DNA of 64,000 nucleotides from Escherichia coli (GTDB lineage Bacteria; Pseudomonadota; Gammaproteobacteria; Enterobacterales; Enterobacteriaceae): NCBI RefSeq assembly GCF_046105845.1, contig NZ_CP151004.1; one strand, 5' to 3'. Shown piece by piece: positions 57,156 to 64,000 of this stretch (position 1 is its first letter; each line of letters starts with the position of its first letter). The notes under the pieces were generated by a model. It saw only the letters and a program-made list of their open reading frames with translations, ran no database searches and was not told where the DNA came from. The position numbers and the translations under genes were made by a program.

Positions 57156-58259
57156 TTAACGGGTAATCATGTCATCACGGTGAACGGCAACCGGGCCATA
57201 TTCATATCCCAGTATTGCATCAATTTCTTGCGAGTGGTGTCCGGCAATGCGGCGTAATGCATCGCTGTTGTAACGACTGACGCCGTGGGCGATATCGCGA
57301 CCTTCGAGGTTGCAAATGCGGATGACTTCACCACGCGAGAAATTGCCAGTCACGCTTTTAATACCTTTCGGCAACAGGGAGCTGCCGCGTTCAAGAATGG
57401 CGGCGGTTGCCCCTTCATCTACCGTGATTTCACCCGCAGGTGGTGCACCGAAAATCCAGCGTTTGCGGTTTTCAAGCGGAGTCGCCTGGGCATGGAACAA
57501 CGTACCGACGGAGATGCCTTCCATCACATCACCAATAACGCCCGGCTTGCTGCCCGCGGCAATAATGGTGTCGATACCCGCACGGCAAGCCACGTCTGCG
57601 GCCTGCAATTTGGTACTCATGCCGCCAGTTCCGAGGCCTGAAACGCTGTCGCCAGCAATCGCGCGCAGTGCGTCATCAATGCCGTAAACATCTTTAATCA
57701 GTTCTGCCTGCGGATTGCTGCGCGGGTCAGCGGTATACAAACCTTTTTGATCGGTCAGCAGCAACAGTTTATCGGCACCCGCCAGAATCGCCGCCAGCGC
57801 AGAAAGATTGTCGTTATCGCCGACCTTAATCTCTGCAGTAGCGACAGCATCGTTCTCATTGATTACCGGAACGATATTGTTATCGAGCAACGCACGCAGG
57901 GTGTCGCGGGCGTTCAGGAAGCGTTCACGGTCTTCCATATCAGCACGGGTCAGCAGCATTTGCCCGACGTGAATGCCATAAATAGAAAACAGCTGTTCCC
58001 ACAGTTGAATCAGTCGACTCTGCCCTACCGCCGCCAGCAGTTGTTTCGAGGCGATAGTCGCTGGCAGTTCCGGGTAACCCAGGTGCTCACGTCCGGCGGC
58101 GATCGCGCCCGACGTCACAATAACAATCCGATGCCCGGCGGCATGTAACTGCGCGCACTGGCGAACAAGTTCAACGATATGGGCACGGTTCAGACGGCGC
58201 GATCCGCCTGTTAGCACACTGGTGCCGAGTTTTACCACCAGCGTCTGGCTGTCACTCAT
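57156..58259 (-). CDS. proB: Glutamate 5-kinase ProB
   Basis: 367 aa from [16 protein letters not shown]; tracked ORF extends 29 codons upstream. Confidence 0.92.
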
Positions 58260-58445
58260 GATTCTCTGCCATTCAATTTTAGGAAAAATGATATCAAACG
58301 AACGTTTTAGCAGGACTGTCGTCGGTTGCCAACCATCTGCGAGCAAAGCATGGTGTTTTGTTGCGCGGGATCAGCAAGCGTAGCGGCAGTTGTTTACGCT
58401 TTTATTACAGATTTAATAAATTACCACATTTTAAGAATATTATTA

Positions 58446-58463
58446 ATCTGTAATATATCTTTA
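58446..58463 (+). promoter_or_regulatory. Pho box (PhoB binding site) in phoE promoter: CTGTAATATATCTTTAAC
   Basis: Two direct CTGT/CTTT-type 7-mers spaced about 11 bp, about 85 bp upstream of the phoE start; matches pho-box consensus. Confidence 0.6.
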
Positions 58464-58546
58464 ACAATCTCAGGTTAAAAACTTTCCTGTTTTCAACGGG
58501 ACTCTCCCGCTGAATATTCGCGCGTTAATTAAAATCAGGAATGAAA

Positions 58547-59602
58547 ATGAAAAAGAGCACTCTGGCATTAGTGGTGATGGGCATTGTGGCATCTGCATCC
58601 GTACAGGCCGCAGAAATATATAACAAAGACGGTAATAAACTGGATGTCTATGGCAAAGTTAAAGCCATGCATTATATGAGTGATAATGACAGTAAAGATG
58701 GCGACCAGAGTTATATCCGTTTTGGTTTTAAAGGCGAAACACAAATTAACGATCAATTGACCGGTTATGGCCGTTGGGAAGCAGAGTTTGCCGGTAATAA
58801 AGCGGAGAGTGATACTGCACAGCAAAAAACGCGTCTCGCTTTTGCCGGGTTGAAATATAAAGATTTGGGTTCTTTCGATTATGGTCGTAACCTGGGCGCG
58901 CTGTATGACGTGGAAGCCTGGACCGATATGTTCCCGGAATTTGGTGGCGACTCCTCGGCGCAGACCGACAACTTTATGACCAAACGCGCCAGCGGTCTGG
59001 CGACGTATCGGAACACCGACTTCTTCGGCGTTATCGATGGCCTGAACTTAACCCTGCAATATCAAGGGAAAAACGAAAACCGCGACGTTAAAAAGCAAAA
59101 CGGCGATGGCTTCGGCACGTCATTGACATATGACTTCGGCGGCAGCGATTTCGCCATCAGTGGGGCCTATACCAACTCCGATCGCACCAACGAGCAGAAC
59201 CTGCAAAGCCGTGGCACAGGCAAGCGTGCAGAAGCATGGGCAACAGGTCTGAAATACGATGCCAATAATATTTATCTGGCAACTTTCTATTCTGAAACAC
59301 GCAAAATGACGCCAATAACTGGCGGCTTTGCCAATAAGACACAGAACTTTGAAGCGGTCGCTCAATACCAGTTTGACTTTGGTCTGCGTCCATCCCTGGG
59401 TTATGTCTTATCGAAAGGGAAAGATATTGAAGGTATCGGTGATGAAGATCTGGTCAATTATATCGACGTCGGTGCTACATATTATTTCAACAAAAATATG
59501 TCAGCGTTTGTTGATTATAAAATCAACCAACTGGATAGCGATAATAAGCTGAACATCAATAATGATGATATTGTCGCGGTTGGCATGACCTATCAGTTTT
59601 AA
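58547..59602 (+). CDS. phoE: Phosphate-starvation-inducible outer membrane porin PhoE
   Basis: 351 aa; signal peptide [21 protein letters not shown]; porin C-terminal F. Confidence 0.93.
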   Translation: MKKSTLALVVMGIVASASVQAAEIYNKDGNKLDVYGKVKAMHYMSDNDSKDGDQSYIRFGFKGETQINDQLTGYGRWEAEFAGNKAESDTAQQKTRLAFAGLKYKDLGSFDYGRNLGALYDVEAWTDMFPEFGGDSSAQTDNFMTKRASGLATYRNTDFFGVIDGLNLTLQYQGKNENRDVKKQNGDGFGTSLTYDFGGSDFAISGAYTNSDRTNEQNLQSRGTGKRAEAWATGLKYDANNIYLATFYSETRKMTPITGGFANKTQNFEAVAQYQFDFGLRPSLGYVLSKGKDIEGIGDEDLVNYIDVGATYYFNKNMSAFVDYKINQLDSDNKLNINNDDIVAVGMTYQF

Positions 59603-59609
59603 TGGATAT

Positions 59610-59632
59610 TGCCGGATGTGATGCATCCGGCA
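59610..59632. terminator. Hairpin (tgccggatg-tgatg-catccggca) between convergent phoE and crl
   Basis: 9-bp inverted repeat seen directly 8 bp after the phoE stop. Confidence 0.55.
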
Positions 59633-59640
59633 CATTTCAC

Positions 59641-60099
<459 letters not shown>

Positions 60100-61344
60100 T
60101 TAACACAAACGTTTTTCGATCCAGTCGGTGATTTCCTGAAGACCTTTGTCAAAATTCCGATACACCGGGTTAAATGGGATCTCTAATAATTTACCGTCAG
60201 CAGATGATGAGGTGATTAAGCGTGAGTCCTCTTCCGGGCTGAACGGATCGTTCTTCCAGTAGCCTGATAACATTGGCGTTGGGCAACGACGTCCCAGCAA
60301 TCCTTGCACTTTTAATGAATAACGATTCAGCTCCACGCGTAACGCTTCGTCGGAAGCATCATGCATCCCCAAACGACTCGCCAGAACGTCAAGATACATT
60401 TCCGGCACCTGTTGCTGGCACTTAAAATCACTCAACAGGGTATGAACTACCGGACCAAGACAGGCAACCGCTTTCAGACGCGGCGATTCAAGGTATGCCA
60501 GACGTACGGCAACGTTAGCGCCGAAACGGAAACCAAAGGCCGCGACGCGAGTGTGATCTACCCACGGTACGTTAGGCAGCGCCTTTAAGACGTGCTGATG
60601 CAACAGGCTGGAGTCCTGGGTGAGCTTCCATTTTGAAGAAAAGCCCACCGACGGCATATCAATAGTCAGCATCGCAATGCCGCGCGGCGCAAAATAACGT
60701 TCATACAGGCTGTAATAGTCCGTCTGCATCGCATCCAGACCACCACACATTAATACTGTCGGGAACGGGCCATCACCTTTCGGCATATGCAAAAAGCCGG
60801 TGATGGGCGCACCGCCGGGTACGGTAAACTCCATCTGCCGCATCGTGCCCGGCAGACGCTGAGCGGCCTCTTCATAGGCGCGGTTTGACAAAGCCTGCGC
60901 TTGCTCGGCCAGGTCATCTCCTTTCAGATGAGGATAGGCGGCAATGTTGTACAACGTAGCCGCATGCAGCCAGTGACGACCACTGAGTTGCGGATCTTCT
61001 TCCGCACAGGCTTTTTGTTGCCACACCATCGCCTGGGTGGCCCACTCATAAATCCAGTTGCCACCACGGTAGCCAATCACCGTATCGTATAAATCATCGT
61101 CGGTACGTTCGGCATCGCTCATCACAATACGCGCCTGGACGTCGAGGATTTCACGTGGGTCAATGCCGCGCCAGATCCACATCAAACGGTTAATCATGCG
61201 ATACCAGTGAGGGATGGTTTTACCATCAAGGGCCGACTGCACAGGCGGTTGTGCGCCGTGATTAAAGCGGCGAACTAGCGTCGAGGTTTCAGGATGTTTA
61301 AAGCGGGGTTTGAACAGGGTTTCGCTCAGGTTTGCCTGTGTCAT
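60100..61344 (-). CDS. frsA: Fermentation/respiration switch esterase FrsA
   Basis: 414 aa alpha/beta hydrolase; matches recalled FrsA. Confidence 0.9.
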
Positions 61345-61435
61345 GGATGCAGCCTCCAGAATACTTACTGGAAACTATTGTAACCTGCCTGAAGTTAAAA
61401 AGAACAACGCCCGGCAGTGCCAGGCGTTGAAAAGA

Positions 61436-61894
61436 TTAGCGACCGGAGATTGGCGGGACGAATACGACGCCCATATCCCACGGTTGTTCGATCCAGGTAT
61501 CTTGCGGGATATCAACAACATAATCATCAACCAGCGGACGACCAGCCGGTTTTGCGAAGATGGTGACAAAGTGCGCTTTTGGATACATTTCACGAATCGC
61601 AACCGCAGTGCCACCGGTATCCACCAGGTCATCAATAACGATGAAGCCTTCGCCATCGCCTTCTGCGCGTTTTAGCACTTTAAGCTCGCGCTGGTTGTCG
61701 TGATCATAGCTGGAAATACAAACGGTATCGACATGACGAATACCCAGTTCACGCGCCAGTAACGCACCCGGTACCAGACCGCCACGGCTTACGGCAATAA
61801 TGCCTTTCCATTGTTCAGAAGGCATCAGTCGGCTTGCGAGTTTACGTGCATGGATCTGCAACATGTCCCAGGTGACGATGTATTTTTCGCTCAT
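61436..61894 (-). CDS. gpt: Xanthine-guanine phosphoribosyltransferase
   Basis: 152 aa [23 protein letters not shown]...; PRPP-binding motif [11 protein letters not shown]. Confidence 0.95.
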
Positions 61895-62154
61895 GTGAAG
61901 TGTCCCAGCCTGTTTATCTACGGCTTAAAAAGTGTTCGAGGGGAAAATAGGTTGCGCGAGATTATAGAGATCTGGCGCACTAAAAACCAGTATTTCACAT
62001 GAGTCCGCGTCTTTTTACGCACTGCCTCTCCCTGACGCGGGATAAAGTGGTATTCTCAAACATATCTCGCAAGCCTGTCTTGTGTTGACAACATTTTCTG
62101 CTAACCCTGTGACCTGCAATACTGTTTTGCGGGTGATCGACAAGGAGACTTAAC

Positions 62155-63612
62155 GTGTCTGAACTGTCTCAATTATCTCCACAGCCGCTGTGGGATATTT
62201 TTGCCAAAATCTGTTCTATTCCTCACCCGTCCTATCATGAAGAGCAACTCGCTGAATACATTGTTGGTTGGGCAAAAGAGAAAGGTTTCCATGTCGAACG
62301 CGATCAGGTAGGTAATATCCTGATTCGTAAACCTGCTACCGCAGGTATGGAAAATCGTAAACCAGTCGTCTTGCAGGCCCACCTCGATATGGTGCCGCAG
62401 AAAAATAACGACACCGTGCATGACTTCACTAAAGATCCTATCCAGCCTTATATTGATGGCGAATGGGTTAAAGCGCGCGGCACCACGCTGGGTGCGGATA
62501 ACGGCATTGGTATGGCGTCTGCGCTGGCGGTTCTGGCTGACGAAAACGTGGTTCACGGCCCGCTGGAAGTGCTGCTGACCATGACCGAAGAAGCCGGTAT
62601 GGATGGTGCTTTTGGCTTACAGAGCAACTGGTTGCAGGCTGATATTCTGATTAACACCGACTCCGAAGAGGAAGGTGAAATCTACATGGGTTGCGCGGGG
62701 GGTATCGACTTCACCTCCAACCTGCATTTAGATCGTGAAGCGGTTCCCGCTGGTTTTGAAACCTTCAAGTTAACCTTAAAAGGTCTAAAAGGCGGTCACT
62801 CCGGCGGTGAAATCCACGTTGGCCTGGGTAATGCCAACAAACTGCTGGTGCGCTTCCTGGCGGGTCATGCGGAAGAGCTGGACCTGCGCCTTATCGATTT
62901 CAACGGTGGCACACTGCGTAACGCCATCCCGCGTGAAGCCTTTGCGACCATTGCTGTCGCAGCTGATAAAGTCGACGCCCTGAAATCTCTGGTGAATACC
63001 TATCAGGAGATCCTGAAAAACGAGCTGGCAGAGAAAGAGAAAAATCTGGCCTTGTTGCTGGACTCTGTAGCGAACGATAAAGCTGCTCTGATTGCGAAAT
63101 CTCGCGATACCTTTATTCGTCTGCTGAACGCCACCCCGAACGGTGTGATCCGCAACTCCGACGTGGCAAAAGGTGTGGTCGAAACCTCCCTGAACGTCGG
63201 TGTGGTGACCATGACTGACAATAACGTAGAAATTCACTGCCTGATCCGTTCTCTGATCGACAGCGGTAAAGACTACGTGGTGAGCATGCTGGATTCGCTG
63301 GGTAAACTGGCTGGCGCGAAAACCGAAGCGAAAGGCGCGTATCCAGGCTGGCAGCCGGACGCTAATTCTCCGGTGATGCATCTGGTACGTGAAACTTATC
63401 AGCGCCTGTTCAACAAGACGCCGAACATCCAGATTATCCACGCGGGCCTGGAATGTGGTCTGTTTAAAAAACCGTATCCGGAAATGGACATGGTTTCTAT
63501 CGGGCCAACCATCACCGGTCCGCACTCTCCGGATGAGCAGGTTCATATCGAAAGCGTTGGTCATTACTGGACACTGCTGACTGAACTGCTGAAAGAAATT
63601 CCGGCGAAGTAA
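62155..63612 (+). CDS. pepD: Cytosol non-specific dipeptidase (aminoacyl-histidine dipeptidase) PepD
   Basis: 485 aa M20-family metallopeptidase; matches recalled PepD. Confidence 0.93.
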   Translation: MSELSQLSPQPLWDIFAKICSIPHPSYHEEQLAEYIVGWAKEKGFHVERDQVGNILIRKPATAGMENRKPVVLQAHLDMVPQKNNDTVHDFTKDPIQPYIDGEWVKARGTTLGADNGIGMASALAVLADENVVHGPLEVLLTMTEEAGMDGAFGLQSNWLQADILINTDSEEEGEIYMGCAGGIDFTSNLHLDREAVPAGFETFKLTLKGLKGGHSGGEIHVGLGNANKLLVRFLAGHAEELDLRLIDFNGGTLRNAIPREAFATIAVAADKVDALKSLVNTYQEILKNELAEKEKNLALLLDSVANDKAALIAKSRDTFIRLLNATPNGVIRNSDVAKGVVETSLNVGVVTMTDNNVEIHCLIRSLIDSGKDYVVSMLDSLGKLAGAKTEAKGAYPGWQPDANSPVMHLVRETYQRLFNKTPNIQIIHAGLECGLFKKPYPEMDMVSIGPTITGPHSPDEQVHIESVGHYWTLLTELLKEIPAK

Positions 63613-63624
63613 TTATTTGATTTG

Positions 63625-63656
63625 CTGCCGGATGGCGTTTAATCGCCTTCCGGCAG
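63625..63656 (+). terminator. Hairpin followed by TTTC downstream of pepD
   Basis: Imperfect inverted repeat ctgccggatggcg...cgccttccggcag 13 bp after the pepD stop. Confidence 0.5.
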
Positions 63657-63668
63657 TTTCATCCTTCA

Positions 63669-64000
63669 TTATCCTTCGATAAAAGCCATCCCTGTAAATG
63701 TCCGTCGCGGGTTGCCACGTTCAATTTGATGATGGAACATTCGCCACTGCGATTTCAGCGCCGCGCTATTTTCCTGTTGCTGTTGTTCCAGCTTCCAGGC
63801 AATCAGCAATCGCGCCAGCCGCTTGTTAGCATGCCCAGAAACCAGTTTTTGCGCCCATGATGAGGCCGATACGGACTCGGACAAATCCACTGAATAGTGC
63901 CGCACCAACTTTCGCTTAATGCCCATGCGTTATCGCCATCCAGAGAAATCAGCGCCGAACGCAGCGTGTCAGAGTAGCGGCCCGTTTCTGTTTCCAGCAC
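63669..64000 (-). pseudogene. prfH: Probable prfH (release factor H homolog) remnant, apparently frame-disrupted; continues beyond window edge
   Basis: Two overlapping minus-strand ORFs in different frames (63669-63926 and 63803-64000); position next to pepD matches the recalled K-12 ykfJ/prfH pseudogene locus; no GGQ motif seen in the visible part. Confidence 0.35.

Noticed and set aside
62785-63564. 259-aa minus-strand ORF inside pepD
   Set aside because: Antisense to the well-supported pepD CDS; no recognisable domain.

Overview
This window reads as an Escherichia coli chromosomal segment, reverse-complemented relative to K-12 numbering, running from betT through the ykg/rcl/ecp/pao region to thrW-proAB-phoE-crl-frsA-gpt-pepD. 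All calls are from reading the sequence and recalled protein families; no searches were run. Core genes recognised: betT/betI/betBA, ykgH, ykgEFG, rclR/rclABC, full-length eaeH (fdeC), ykgR, Zur-box ykgMO, ecpRABCDE, ykgJ, yagU, paoABCD, tRNA-Thr (thrW), proAB, phoE, crl, frsA, gpt, pepD and a prfH-like remnant. Three stretches look accessory relative to my memory of K-12. (1) Between betA and ykgH (about 6.7-13.1 kb): an AT-rich leader, a FimB/FimE-type recombinase, a roughly 280-bp segment bounded by perfect 16-bp inverted repeats, two LuxR-type regulators and an 877-aa autotransporter with an in-frame (GCTTAT)5 repeat. This is the most interesting candidate: a phase-variable invertible switch controlling an adhesin operon. 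It resembles, from memory, the ipuA/ipuS/ipuR/upaE arrangement described in uropathogenic E. coli, so it may not be new. (2) Between eaeH and ykgR (27.8-34.3 kb): two aldo-keto reductases, two LysR regulators, a Cys-type hydrolase and an Old Yellow Enzyme-like flavin reductase, next to the rcl locus. (3) Between paoD and thrW (50.2-55.7 kb): a mocA-like fragment, an MFS transporter, a second hydrolase/LysR pair, a degenerate copy of the ykgR/ykgO-3' region, a truncated SDR gene and an integrase C-terminal fragment abutting thrW, with no prophage present. No CRISPR array, IS element or rRNA was seen.
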